Shown: positions 18,107 through 27,897 of the stretch, piece after piece
Layout: every line of letters begins with the position of its first letter
Numbering within the stretch: position 1 is the first letter of the stretch
Source: an uncultured Collinsella sp.
Lineage (GTDB): Bacteria; Actinomycetota; Coriobacteriia; Coriobacteriales; Coriobacteriaceae
Length of the DNA: 64,000 nt
Direction of reading: 5' to 3'
Assembly (NCBI GenBank): GCA_905204415.1
Contig: CAJKZP010000001.1
Location: 3 to 64,002 of the forward strand
The notes under the pieces: generated by a model
Database searches by the model: none
Seen by the model: the letters and a program-made list of their open reading frames with translations, nothing else
Told to the model about the DNA's origin: nothing
Position numbers and translations under genes: made by a program

Positions 18107-19294
18107 ATGACCGAGCTCCAAGAACTCCGTCGCTATCGCCGCGATCTCCATCGCATTCCGGAGCTCGATTTCGATCTTCCACAAACCATTGCCTATATCG
18201 AGGGCGTGCTGGCACCGCTCGCTTGCGAGGTGACCCATCCGTGCCCCAGCTGCGTCTGTGCTTTCTTCGATGCTGGCGTTGGTGCCGCGCATGCCACGGC
18301 GATTCGCGCCGATATGGATGCGCTGCCCATTGCCGAGGCAACAGGGGCAGCGTTCGCCTCGACACATCCTGGCAAGATGCACGCTTGCGGACATGACGGA
18401 CACATGGCTATGGCACTTGCCGCCGCGACGTATGTCGACCGTACGATTCGCGAGCAGCCGGGCGCCATGAGGCACAATGTGCTTTTTGTGTTCCAGCCGG
18501 CCGAGGAAACGACCGGTGGTGCCAAGACGGTATGCGAGAGCGGCGTGTTCGAGCGCTACGGGGTCGACCACATTTTTGGCTTTCACGTGTGGCCCGATCT
18601 GCCCGCCGGCACGTTGGCGAGTTGTTCCGGTCCGCTGCTGGCGCGTTCGAGCGAGACGCATATCCATATTCACGGAACGAGCATCCATATTGCTAAGACC
18701 TATGGTGTGCCGGTTGAGGAGTCGCACGATGCTGCGTTGGCGGCAGCGAAGTTTTTGGTTGCCGAGCGCGAGCTGATGGACGAGCTGGGCACCGACGGGC
18801 CCTGTATCGGTAAGTTCGGCCTGCTGCAGGCCGGTACGGTCTGCAACGCGGTAGCGGGGGAGGCCCATGTTGCCGGCAGTCTACGTGTGTTTACGGACGA
18901 CATGTTCGAACGTGCGCGTGAGGGCGTGCGCCGCGTGCTTGATGAGGCATGCGCCGCAACGGGCTGCACATATGACCTCGATTTTGCCGAGGGCTATCCG
19001 CCGGTCGATAACGATCCCGAGCTATTTGCCAATGTAGCGCCTGCCTTGCCCGAGCTGCAGCTCGTGGATGAGCCTTTGCTGATTGCCGAGGACTTCGCTT
19101 TCTATCAGCGTCATCTGCCGGGTGTGTTCTTCTTGCTGGGCACGGGCATGCCAGAGGGACAAGAAAACCCGATTGACGCTGATGGCTGCCCAGCCTATGC
19201 GATGAGCGCCCTTCACACCGATACCATGCTCTTTGACGAGGAAATCCTGCTCAAAGGCCTCGATGTCTACAAACGATTGCTTGACTTGGAGTGA
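18107..19294 (+). CDS. M20D amidohydrolase, probably N-acetyl-diaminopimelate deacetylase
   Basis: RRDLHRIPEL, RADMDALP, MHACGHDGH, FQPAEE and AEDFAFY; divergent from the dapH operon. Confidence 0.75.
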   Translation: MTELQELRRYRRDLHRIPELDFDLPQTIAYIEGVLAPLACEVTHPCPSCVCAFFDAGVGAAHATAIRADMDALPIAEATGAAFASTHPGKMHACGHDGHMAMALAAATYVDRTIREQPGAMRHNVLFVFQPAEETTGGAKTVCESGVFERYGVDHIFGFHVWPDLPAGTLASCSGPLLARSSETHIHIHGTSIHIAKTYGVPVEESHDAALAAAKFLVAERELMDELGTDGPCIGKFGLLQAGTVCNAVAGEAHVAGSLRVFTDDMFERAREGVRRVLDEACAATGCTYDLDFAEGYPPVDNDPELFANVAPALPELQLVDEPLLIAEDFAFYQRHLPGVFFLLGTGMPEGQENPIDADGCPAYAMSALHTDTMLFDEEILLKGLDVYKRLLDLE

Positions 19295-19617
19295 TGATGA
19301 AGCGCCGACAGACTGCCGTGTATAGTCCTGGTGGGTGCGGGTGCGGCTTGCTGCTGCTCCCGGTTATTGCTGTGAGCATTGGCGTGATGTTTGCGCTTGC
19401 TGGACTGGCCGCAGCGGCACTTGTGCTGTTGATTGTGGCAATTGGCGTGACGATTTGGCTGTGCCGTTCTCGCGAGCAACGTCGTGCCGATGGCAAGACC
19501 AATGTCGGGTGGGTCGTCTTTCTGATCATTGCGTACCTGCTGAGTGTCAGCTACCTGGTGTTCTTTGTGCTGTTGATGATCAGTGCCTTTACCGGGGAAT
19601 CCGTCACGGTGGGGTAG
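19291..19617 (+). CDS. Small membrane protein
   Basis: Overlaps the upstream stop; two or three hydrophobic segments. Confidence 0.55.
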   Translation: MMMKRRQTAVYSPGGCGCGLLLLPVIAVSIGVMFALAGLAAAALVLLIVAIGVTIWLCRSREQRRADGKTNVGWVVFLIIAYLLSVSYLVFFVLLMISAFTGESVTVG

Positions 19618-19646
19618 GCTTCGACGGGCCTCTTGAGGATGAAAAA

Positions 19647-19685
19647 ATGGAGCCGGATGGGAAATTCCCCCATCCGGCTCCATTG
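19647..19685. terminator. Hairpin between convergent genes
   Basis: AATGGAGCCGGATGGG-aaattcc-CCCATCCGGCTCCATT. Confidence 0.65.
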
Positions 19686-19705
19686 CTCAATATTGGCGTG
19701 CACTT

Positions 19706-21025
19706 CTACTCGGCTGCCTCGCGGCGAGCGACCTCGTCGATCAAGATAGCATCGCCGTGCTTGGCAGCGGCAATGCTCGCGGCCATAATCATGCCCATTG
19801 CCGTGATGTAGGCGAAGAGCATCGACGGCGCCACGTCCATAACGATGCCGGAGAGAATCGGTGTCGCCACCTGAGCCGCCATGCTCACGGTGTAGTAGTA
19901 ACCGGAGTAACGGCCCACGCTTTGGGAGCTGCAGCACTCCAGAATCATCGTGTACACGCACAAGTCCACGCCGCCCAACGCAACGCCCATCAACAAAAAG
20001 ACGCCGTACAACACGGGCGAGAAGCCGGGTGCCAGCCAAAGAAGCGCGGGGCACAAAACCATGATGACGGCGGTGCCCAGAGCGACCTTTTTGCGGCCGA
20101 TTTTGAGTGAAAGATTTGCCAAGGGTACGTAGCTTAGCAGCGCGCCTGCAATCGTCACGATATTGATGATGGCGTAGGAACCGCCCTCCATGCCGTAGAA
20201 CATATCGGCATAACGGCTGATATTGGTGGTCATGGCGTTATAGCTCATGTAGTAGAAAAACGTTGCAGCGAGCAGCATGATGATGGAGCGGCGTACGCCG
20301 GCGTCTGCAACGCGATCTTTACCGCCGGCCTCGGGGGAGTCATCTTTGTCAATCTGATCCTCGTCGATGCCCATGGACAGCGATTTCTCGCGCATCTTTT
20401 CGACGAGGGCGGGCTCACGGACAAAGATTCCATAGACAACGGCCGACACGAGGATAAAGGAGGCCTGCAAGATAAAGAGCGGAAGATAATCGGGTTTGTG
20501 GGCCTTGGGAACCATGACCGAGATGGCGACGAGCATAAGGCCCGTCCCCGCATAGCCGACGATCTTTTCGATCGAGTCCGCCTTGGTTCGCAGTGGGCGA
20601 GGCGTAATATCGGCCACGATGGCAACCGTCATGGTGCGATAGGCGCATATTGCCAATAGCGTGAGGATAATCGCGCCGATGAGCAGAGGCAGGCTGCCCA
20701 TGTTGCTGGCGATCGCGATGAGCGGGACGGAGAGCATTGCCACCGCGGAGCCGCCCAAGATAAAGGGCGTTCGGCGCCCGAGTTTGCTTGTGCAACGGTC
20801 CGAGAGGATGCCAAAGAGCGGAAACAGGAACAGGCCAAAGACATTATCGATGGCCATGATCGCGCCGGTGAGCGAGTTGGATAGGCCAAAGGTCCCCGTG
20901 AGCATCTTGGGAACGATGCCGTCGTAGACCTGCCAAAAGCTGATCATGCCCATAAAGGGTAGGGAGGCGAGGGCGACGGCCTTGGTGTCGAGCCGGGCCG
21001 CCCGCTTAAGATTTGGTTGGGTCAT
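19706..21025 (-). CDS. MFS transporter (GPH/MalY-like)
   Basis: About 12 TM segments; PLFGILSDRCTSKLGRRTPF motif A; AGGAG RBS. Confidence 0.88.
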   Translation of the reverse strand: MTQPNLKRAARLDTKAVALASLPFMGMISFWQVYDGIVPKMLTGTFGLSNSLTGAIMAIDNVFGLFLFPLFGILSDRCTSKLGRRTPFILGGSAVAMLSVPLIAIASNMGSLPLLIGAIILTLLAICAYRTMTVAIVADITPRPLRTKADSIEKIVGYAGTGLMLVAISVMVPKAHKPDYLPLFILQASFILVSAVVYGIFVREPALVEKMREKSLSMGIDEDQIDKDDSPEAGGKDRVADAGVRRSIIMLLAATFFYYMSYNAMTTNISRYADMFYGMEGGSYAIINIVTIAGALLSYVPLANLSLKIGRKKVALGTAVIMVLCPALLWLAPGFSPVLYGVFLLMGVALGGVDLCVYTMILECCSSQSVGRYSGYYYTVSMAAQVATPILSGIVMDVAPSMLFAYITAMGMIMAASIAAAKHGDAILIDEVARREAAE

Positions 21026-21078
21026 GCTGGTTCTCCTGGTCGGTAAAAGCGGGGAGGGGCGCTATCGGCCCTCCCGTC

Positions 21079-22500
21079 CTACAGTTGTTCAAGGTTGGCG
21101 AGAAACGACACATAGAATTCGACGCCGCGTTTGTAGACATCGACACCGATGCGTTCGTTGGCGGCATGGATGAGCTTGCGCGCCTCGCCCGAGTAGATAA
21201 AGCCGCAGAAGCGGTAGACGCGATCGCAGATCTCGTTGAACTCGCGCGAGTCGGTGCAGGAGTTCTGCACGTAGGGAGCAAAGCCGGCCTCGGGATAGAC
21301 ACCCGACACGCAGCGATGGATGTAGTTGAAGGCGGCATCGTCTTCGTAAGGCGAGATAGGTGCTGGTTCGGTGTAGGGGATCGCCTCGTTGATTTCGACG
21401 GTGACGTGATCGGGGCTTACGCCCGAGGCGCGGCACTGCTGAGCGGCGAGCTTGCGAGCGCGCTCAACGGCATCGGCGATGGTCTCGAACGGAGCGATGC
21501 GCACGTTGAAATTGGCGCGAGCGACTGGTGGCAGCACGTTGTGCGCGTTGGAGCCTTCGAGCTGCGTGAGCGCATAGGTTGTGCGCAGCATGGCCGAGGT
21601 CTCGGGGCTGGCGGCCATAATCTTGGTAACCGCGGGGCGTGTGAGCCAGAGGTTGCCAAAGATTGCCTGAAACGTCGCGCTGCTGCGGGCACCCAGCTCG
21701 GTCAGTGTGGCCTCGACGGCAGGCGTAAGCTGCGGCTTGCCGGGGTTGGCAGAGATGGTCTCGCATACACGGCAGAGAAGACGGCAGGCATCGTTTGCCG
21801 CTGGCGTAGAAGCGTGGCCGCCGTCGGCGCGCGCCGTGACGGTAAGGTCGACATGGCCCTTCTCGGACACGCCTACCATGGCAACGGGTTCGGTGACACC
21901 GAGCGGTGCATCGGTTGCCACGGCGCCGCCCTCATCGAGCACCATATAGGGATGGATGTTATGCTCGCGAAGCCACTGCACTGCATGGGTTGCAGTAGAC
22001 GCGGCGATTTCCTCGCCATCGCTCGAGAAGAACCAGACATCGCGCGGGGGAACGAAGCCCTGATCGATTAGGTGCTCGGCGGCCTCGAAGAAAGCCGAGA
22101 CGATGCACTTGGTGTCGAGTGATCCGCGTGCCCAGATCTCGCCGTCGAAGATCTCGGCTCCAAAGGGATCGTGTTCCCAGTCCTGGCCCTCGACGGGCAC
22201 GACGTCCTGATGCGCCATCATGACGATGGGGTCCAAGGCGGAATCGGCGCCAGGCCAACGCAGGAGCATGCCAAAGTCGTCGACGCGTGTGAGCTCGGCG
22301 ACTTTAAAGAAATGCGGATAAAGTCGCCGAAGCGTGGGAATCCACTGGCTGAAGGGCTCATCGTCGCGCTCGGCGATGTTCTCACGCGAAACGGTGGGGA
22401 TGCGCAGCAATTCGCAAAAGCGCTCGACGACATCCTCGTCTGCCTTGTAGGTGCCTGCATCAAGAGGCACGCCCTGTGCGACCGATACCGATGCTCCCAT
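21079..22500 (-). CDS. M20 metallopeptidase/amidohydrolase, PM20D1/carboxypeptidase S-like
   Basis: LRIPTVS, MAHQDVVP, WEHDPF, ARGSLDTK, GEE, VLDEGG, EKG, GGHASTP, NVLP, TDSR and IHAANERI. Confidence 0.88.
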   Translation of the reverse strand: MGASVSVAQGVPLDAGTYKADEDVVERFCELLRIPTVSRENIAERDDEPFSQWIPTLRRLYPHFFKVAELTRVDDFGMLLRWPGADSALDPIVMMAHQDVVPVEGQDWEHDPFGAEIFDGEIWARGSLDTKCIVSAFFEAAEHLIDQGFVPPRDVWFFSSDGEEIAASTATHAVQWLREHNIHPYMVLDEGGAVATDAPLGVTEPVAMVGVSEKGHVDLTVTARADGGHASTPAANDACRLLCRVCETISANPGKPQLTPAVEATLTELGARSSATFQAIFGNLWLTRPAVTKIMAASPETSAMLRTTYALTQLEGSNAHNVLPPVARANFNVRIAPFETIADAVERARKLAAQQCRASGVSPDHVTVEINEAIPYTEPAPISPYEDDAAFNYIHRCVSGVYPEAGFAPYVQNSCTDSREFNEICDRVYRFCGFIYSGEARKLIHAANERIGVDVYKRGVEFYVSFLANLEQL

Positions 22501-22610
22501 GGTGGGATTCCTTTCGTGTTGTATATCGAATACGTCAAGATTATCGCCCGCACCGCGCGTGGGAAACGGCGAAACACGTTGTTCATCTACGGGCGGCGGG
22601 TCGGATAGCC

Positions 22611-23054
22611 TTAGCCGACGATGACCGTGCCGTCTTCGGCCACGGTGATGGCGTCTCCCGTCGACACGGCATCGAGAAACTCATCGCCCAGGTTGTCAAT
22701 GGTGGGCATGGGGGTGTCGGTCCATACACCCGAGAGGATCGCGCCAGCGGCGGCAAGGCTGTCAATGGGTTTGGAAAACAGCAGGCATGCGGGTTGGCGC
22801 CCCATTTTGGTGGCGCAGAAGAGCACCATGCCGCCTGTGGTGGAGCCGATAGTCTGCGGAAGGCACAGGGCGCATCCTGCCAAAGGTTTGCCGTACAAGT
22901 CGGGATTGTTTTGGTCGGAACACGTGGCCTTTTTGTCGCCAAACATCAGTGCCTTCTGAAACGATGCGAGTGTGTTGAGCCCTCCGTGAGAGACAAGTGC
23001 CTTGGCGCGGGCAGTTCCGGGGACAACGACGCGGCCGTGAAAGATTTTCTTCAT
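22611..23054 (-). CDS. Aconitase X small (swiveling) subunit, DUF126
   Basis: FHGRVVVPGTARAKALVS, DLYGKPLAG, PQTIGSTTGG (GST serine), DSLAAAGA and TGDAITV. Confidence 0.85.
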   Translation of the reverse strand: MKKIFHGRVVVPGTARAKALVSHGGLNTLASFQKALMFGDKKATCSDQNNPDLYGKPLAGCALCLPQTIGSTTGGMVLFCATKMGRQPACLLFSKPIDSLAAAGAILSGVWTDTPMPTIDNLGDEFLDAVSTGDAITVAEDGTVIVG

Positions 23055-23068
23055 GAGGAGTCGCCTTC

Positions 23069-24358
23069 CTATTTGATTGGTTTTCCGGTGGTGACGTAGG
23101 CGAGCACCTCGTCGTCGGTGTAGTAGCGCGATGCCGAGTACGTACGCAACTTGTTGGAGTTGGTGATGATGGGCATGCTGCCGCACAGCGGGTTGTTGGT
23201 GTACATAAGCGGGCAGATGCTCGAGACGACGGCGCCGGTAGTCGAGAGGCGCCTGTATGCCGCAGTCTTGCGGAAGGCGTCTGCCACGGATGGGGCGGCG
23301 GTCAGTACGGTGGGTACTTGTACGCGGCAGTTGCCGGAGGCACTCAACCCATCGCAGATGGCGTCTGCCCAGTGGGCGAGTTGTGCAGACGAGCGGTGGG
23401 GGCAGCCGATGAAGGCCAGCTTGGGGCGCGCGTCCGGGTTCTTCCACATAACGGGGTAGCTCGAGCGGATGCGTTCCAGCTCGGCGTCGTCAATGCGATA
23501 GATTTGGGCGTCTGGTGCTATGAGTTGTTCGCCTTGTTCGACGGCCTCGGGCGTGATGCCGTCCACGTGGTAGAGCCCGACAGCGCCGTTCGATGCGCTG
23601 GCAGCGCCCATGTCCTTAAGGTAGTCCTGCGTGCCGGGTGTGAGTTCGCGGCCAAGCCAGCGGTCGAGGCCTTTAATGTAAGGGACGTCTTCCATCACCT
23701 TCATGCCAATGGCGCTGCCAAGCACTTGCGCTTCGGGCTTGCGCTTACAGTCGACTTCGATGATCCAGGTCGCCTTGCGGCCCTCATCGGTGAGCAGCCC
23801 GAATTCCGGGACAAAGCCGGCAATTGAGCCGAACATCTCGATGATGCCGGAGTTGCGATTGCAGCGAGCGCCCAACACGGAGTTGGCAAAGACCACGGCG
23901 CTGCTTTCTGCCCAGCTTAGGATGTCGCCACGCCGAGGTCGATTGCCAACCTCGGGTTGATAGCAGGTGCAGGTGAAAGCATCGCTGTCCAATAGGCCCA
24001 TGCTGCGCAGCTGTGCCTCGTAATCATCTTGTTTGGAATACATAATCTTGAACAGCAGCTTTTGCAGCGGGTTGGCCGGGACGGCGGGGTCGAGGGGCCT
24101 CGGGTCGACCGAGAATGACTGACCGGACAGGGCGCCGTCTTTCAGCAGCTCATCCATAAGGTCATAGACTGGACCGAGCATGGAGAGGCCAAAACTTGTG
24201 ACAAGATGACCATTTGCGCCGGTCACGGGAACCATGCGCTTGGCACCAAAGCACTCGCCGTACATAACGAGGGTCTTGACCACTTTGGCCATGGCGGGGC
24301 CCTTGGCGCCGTCGAGCAGGGCTTGTTGTTGGGAGGTCAGGTTCATCTGTGAGCCCAT
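23069..24358 (-). CDS. Aconitase X catalytic subunit, DUF521
   Basis: MNLTSQQQALLDG, TCTCY, WAESSAVVFANSVLGARCNR, GAVGLYHVDGITPEA, IGCPH, ICP and TNSNK. Confidence 0.88.
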   Translation of the reverse strand: MGSQMNLTSQQQALLDGAKGPAMAKVVKTLVMYGECFGAKRMVPVTGANGHLVTSFGLSMLGPVYDLMDELLKDGALSGQSFSVDPRPLDPAVPANPLQKLLFKIMYSKQDDYEAQLRSMGLLDSDAFTCTCYQPEVGNRPRRGDILSWAESSAVVFANSVLGARCNRNSGIIEMFGSIAGFVPEFGLLTDEGRKATWIIEVDCKRKPEAQVLGSAIGMKVMEDVPYIKGLDRWLGRELTPGTQDYLKDMGAASASNGAVGLYHVDGITPEAVEQGEQLIAPDAQIYRIDDAELERIRSSYPVMWKNPDARPKLAFIGCPHRSSAQLAHWADAICDGLSASGNCRVQVPTVLTAAPSVADAFRKTAAYRRLSTTGAVVSSICPLMYTNNPLCGSMPIITNSNKLRTYSASRYYTDDEVLAYVTTGKPIK

Positions 24359-24367
24359 CCTTTCGTG

Positions 24368-26689
24368 TTAGATATTGGTGCCGAGTCGATATGCCGCACG
24401 GACCGCTTCGAGCACACGGCCGGGTGCAAACCCATCGCCGATGTTATGCAGCTCGTCTGCGGCATGCGTCTGCTGCAGTTTGTAGAACAGTGCGTCGTCG
24501 GGGTGTCCGCCGCAGGCAATGATTACCAGGTCGCAGGTTAGCTCGAGCGGCTTCCAGTCGTTGCCGATTTTGGGTGCAAGCGGGTTTTCGACGTTTTCGG
24601 GCAAGACCGGTGACCATGAGACGTAGGGGTCGGGAACGTTTTTGTGGCAGTTGCGACTCAAGTAGAGACGCGCGTACCTCGATGGGGCTCCAGACTCGCG
24701 TTTGCCGTCGACCTCTGCGCGCTCGACGCGTGTCATATTGAAGAGCCGCACATTGCGTCCCCTGAGCGTATGGAGTAGGTGGCCGCGATTTGCCGTACAG
24801 GAGCCCTGCATCATGTGAGGCAGCATTTCAATTACGCTGACCTGTGGTATGCCGTGTTCGACGGTGAGCCATTGGGCAACCTCGCAGCCCACGGCCCCTC
24901 CGCCAATGATGGCGACGGTTTTGGCGTTGCCAAGCAGCGCGGGTTGGCGCAGTAGCTGCGTTGCCTGCACGGCATGGCCCGATGCTGCAAGCTCCGTAAG
25001 GCCGGGGATGGGCGGTATCGCATTGGAAGTGCCTGTCGCACACACGATTGCGTCGAAGCCTGCTTTTGCAAGATCTTCGGCGCGTGCTGCCCGTCCAAGC
25101 TCGAGTGCCAGGTTCCCGTTGGGTTTTTCTGCCTGCTCGCGCACCTGTCGAACAAGATAGGAGCGGTAATTATCGAGGTCGAACTTGATCCGGGCGGCGC
25201 TGGCGGAGAGGAGTTTTCCTCCAAGTCCATCTTCGGCGTCGATGAGCTTTACGTCGTGGCCACGACGTGCAGCGATTAGCGCACAGACCATCCCGGCGGG
25301 CCCGGCTCCTACCACCGCTATGCGTTTGGATTCTATGGCGGGAGCGGGTATCTGGGGCATGAGGTATTCAAAGCTGCAGCGTGGATTGACGGCGCACTGC
25401 GGGTGGCCCCCTTCGACAAACTCGTTGAGGCATCCTTCCTGGCATCCGATGCAGGGGCGAATATCTGCCACGCGACCGGCGTACGCCTTGTTGGGCCACT
25501 CGGGATCCGCAAGCAGCGGGCGTCCGAGCATGATCATATCGGCGTCGCCATTGCGAAGGGCGCGTTCGGCAATGTCGGGGTAGCCCAACTTACCCACCGC
25601 GACAACGGGTACGGGAAGGCCGGCATTGGAGCGGATATTGTCGGCGGCAAAGCGCTCCCGAACGGCGCGCGCCACGGGAACGAAGCAGCCTGCGGGCATG
25701 CTCGCAGGCGGGTGGGGCATCCACCAGTTGTCGTAGCAACCCAGGTCGACGTCAAAGATATCTACTCCTGCCGTCACGAGCTCTTCCATATAGCACAGGG
25801 TCTGTTCGACCGTGCGGCCGCCGCGCATGCGTCCCAGATAGGTCGAATTCATGACCTGCTCGTCATAGGTTTCCTCGAGTGCAAGCGAAAGGTTGATGCG
25901 GTACATAATGGGGTAGTCGGGCCCAACGCGGCGACGGATTTCTTTGACCATATCGAGGCCAAATTGACGCCAATCGGCATAACGTCCGAGCTTGCGATGG
26001 TTAAAGGCGGGGTTTCCGAGCTGCTCGATAAGATAGCCTTCGTGTCCGTGCAAATAGACGCCATCGATGCCCATGGCATGGGCATCGGCCGCCGCTTGGC
26101 CGATATTGTTTACGATACGGCGCAGCTTTTGGTCCGAGAGGCGCATGCATGGAATGGCGGGGATGTAGTAGTTAGGCAAGAAACTCGCCGAGACCGGAAA
26201 CTTCTTTTGCGTGATGAGGCATTGCGGGTTGCCCACGCGGCCGAGTCCAGCCGTAAGCTGGACAAAAATGCGCGATCCGAAGGCATGGACGCCTTGGGCA
26301 AGGTCGCGCCAGCCTGCCATAACGGTTCGGCTTCGATCGATGCGCGGGAAATAGGTGAGCTTGTCCAGCTCGGTGACCGTGGTATCGATGCTGTGGCTTA
26401 CCGGCACGAGCCCTGTTGTGATGAGGCCGCAGCCGCCTTTGGCGCGGGCGAAAAAGTACTGCAGCATCATGTCGCTGGGGCGGCCAGTTTCCTCGCACAT
26501 GTCGATATTGCCCATCGGTGCCATGACAATGCGGTTTTTGACGGTGAGCTTGTTAATTTTGATGGGAGAGAAGAGCTTGTCAAAAGGATAGAGCTCTTGT
26601 GTCATGCGGGACGATCCGCAACCGGAATTTTTGGCGGGCCAGCTGTCGAATGAGTCGACGAGTTGCTGTACCAGTACGTCTTTTCCCAA
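24368..26689 (-). CDS. Old-yellow-enzyme family Fe-S flavoenzyme (2-enoate reductase/FadH/BaiCD-like)
   Basis: KNRIVMAPM TIM barrel, LHGHEGYL, CIGCQEGC...C [4Fe-4S] motif, GAGPAG and GGGAVG Rossmann motifs; TTG start at 26689 has a GAAAGGA RBS (alternative ATG 26605). Confidence 0.9.
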   Translation of the reverse strand: MGKDVLVQQLVDSFDSWPAKNSGCGSSRMTQELYPFDKLFSPIKINKLTVKNRIVMAPMGNIDMCEETGRPSDMMLQYFFARAKGGCGLITTGLVPVSHSIDTTVTELDKLTYFPRIDRSRTVMAGWRDLAQGVHAFGSRIFVQLTAGLGRVGNPQCLITQKKFPVSASFLPNYYIPAIPCMRLSDQKLRRIVNNIGQAAADAHAMGIDGVYLHGHEGYLIEQLGNPAFNHRKLGRYADWRQFGLDMVKEIRRRVGPDYPIMYRINLSLALEETYDEQVMNSTYLGRMRGGRTVEQTLCYMEELVTAGVDIFDVDLGCYDNWWMPHPPASMPAGCFVPVARAVRERFAADNIRSNAGLPVPVVAVGKLGYPDIAERALRNGDADMIMLGRPLLADPEWPNKAYAGRVADIRPCIGCQEGCLNEFVEGGHPQCAVNPRCSFEYLMPQIPAPAIESKRIAVVGAGPAGMVCALIAARRGHDVKLIDAEDGLGGKLLSASAARIKFDLDNYRSYLVRQVREQAEKPNGNLALELGRAARAEDLAKAGFDAIVCATGTSNAIPPIPGLTELAASGHAVQATQLLRQPALLGNAKTVAIIGGGAVGCEVAQWLTVEHGIPQVSVIEMLPHMMQGSCTANRGHLLHTLRGRNVRLFNMTRVERAEVDGKRESGAPSRYARLYLSRNCHKNVPDPYVSWSPVLPENVENPLAPKIGNDWKPLELTCDLVIIACGGHPDDALFYKLQQTHAADELHNIGDGFAPGRVLEAVRAAYRLGTNI

Positions 26690-26912
26690 TGAGGTTCCTT
26701 TCAGATGTTGACAAGGTAACAAAGCAGTTTACGTCTAAATGTTTAATAGTCAACAACAAAGGCATGAGTTCGGTGAAGGAAGAAAGGGACTAATGAGTGT
26801 CAGATGGCAAGCTGTGTCGCGACATTAGCTCCCAGCTAATGAATTTGAGTTCGCTGCCTCCTACGATGTGCTGTGTGCCGGCACGGTAGCCGGATCGTAG
26901 GAAGGATGAATA

Positions 26913-27356
26913 ATGGCAAAAGAGGGAAAGAAGCCGATTGGCAAGATTGTCCTAGGCGTCATCGTGGTGCTGGTTATCGTCGGTGCCGTGGGCTCTATGG
27001 GCGGCAACTCAACCGATTCGTCTGCGAACGATTCGGCAAAACCTGCCGAGGCGACACAGCGGGCTGAGGAGCAAAAAGAACCGCAAGAACCGTATACCAT
27101 TGCTGACGAGGCTGAAGACACTTCCAATCAGTTTGCCTATAAGATCACGGGCACGCTGACCAATAACACGGACAAGGAAAAGAGCTACATTCAGATTGAG
27201 TATGTTCTGTATGATGCTGATGGCAACCAGGTTGGAACAGCTCTTGCAAACACCAATCATCTGAAGGCGGGCGGCTCCTGGAAATTCGAGGCGCTGGGTA
27301 CGGTGTCTCCCGATCAGGTCGCCAGTTGGGAGCGCTCGGATGTGAGCGGTTTCTAG
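26913..27356 (+). CDS. Membrane-anchored FxLYD-domain protein
   Basis: N-terminal TM after KKPIGK; ITGTLTN...YIQIEYVLYDADGNQVG...LKAGGSWKF. Confidence 0.8.
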   Translation: MAKEGKKPIGKIVLGVIVVLVIVGAVGSMGGNSTDSSANDSAKPAEATQRAEEQKEPQEPYTIADEAEDTSNQFAYKITGTLTNNTDKEKSYIQIEYVLYDADGNQVGTALANTNHLKAGGSWKFEALGTVSPDQVASWERSDVSGF

Positions 27357-27388
27357 CATGTTGCATGCGCTGGGGGAGGTGAAGCCGC

Positions 27389-27811
27389 GTGTCTGATAAA
27401 AAGCTAACCGAAGAGTTGCTCAATGAGCTTCTCGACGCGCCAAACATCGATGGCTATATCAAAGAGCACGACTTTGCCGCCCCGTCGCTTTCGGAGTATC
27501 TGAAACAGCTTTTGGAAGAAAAGGGGCTGGAGCGTTCGCGCGTGGTGCGCATGGCCGACCTCAACGAGACGTTTGGCTATCAGATCTTTACCGGTGCGCG
27601 GCATCCGAGCCGCAATAAGGTGCTGCAGATTGCATTTGCCATGGCGCTGACACTCAAGGAGGCCAACCGCGCCTTGACGGCGGCAGGCGCCAATATCCTC
27701 AACTGCAAGGACCGCCGTGACGCCATCATCATTTTCTGTATCGATCGTGGCTGCAGCCTGCAAAAGGTGAACGAGGAGCTGTATCGCTTTGGCGAGGAGA
27801 CGGTGAGCTAA
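27389..27811 (+). CDS. XRE-family HTH regulator
   Basis: LSEYLKQLLEEKGL...FGYQIFTGARHPSRNKVLQIAFAM; GGAGG RBS and GTG start. Confidence 0.8.
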   Translation: MSDKKLTEELLNELLDAPNIDGYIKEHDFAAPSLSEYLKQLLEEKGLERSRVVRMADLNETFGYQIFTGARHPSRNKVLQIAFAMALTLKEANRALTAAGANILNCKDRRDAIIIFCIDRGCSLQKVNEELYRFGEETVS

Positions 27812-27897
27812 CGGTTAGCTGCCGGCGGAGGCGCCGTTCACGACATTTTGAACGTGCAGGGCACGGGCGTCATGGTGCGTCCGTGCCCTGCGTTATT

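Noticed and set aside
22611..23447. 278-aa ORF suggesting a longer AcnX small subunit or a fusion
   Set aside because: The upstream part overlaps the large subunit out of frame. The DUF126 sequence begins at MKKIFHG (23054).
24368..26689. Bilirubin reductase (BilR) or bile-acid BaiCD/BaiH assignment
   Set aside because: The active-site segment reads HGHEGYL rather than the HGDR motif reported for BilR, and no bai genes are adjacent. Only the family-level call is supportable.
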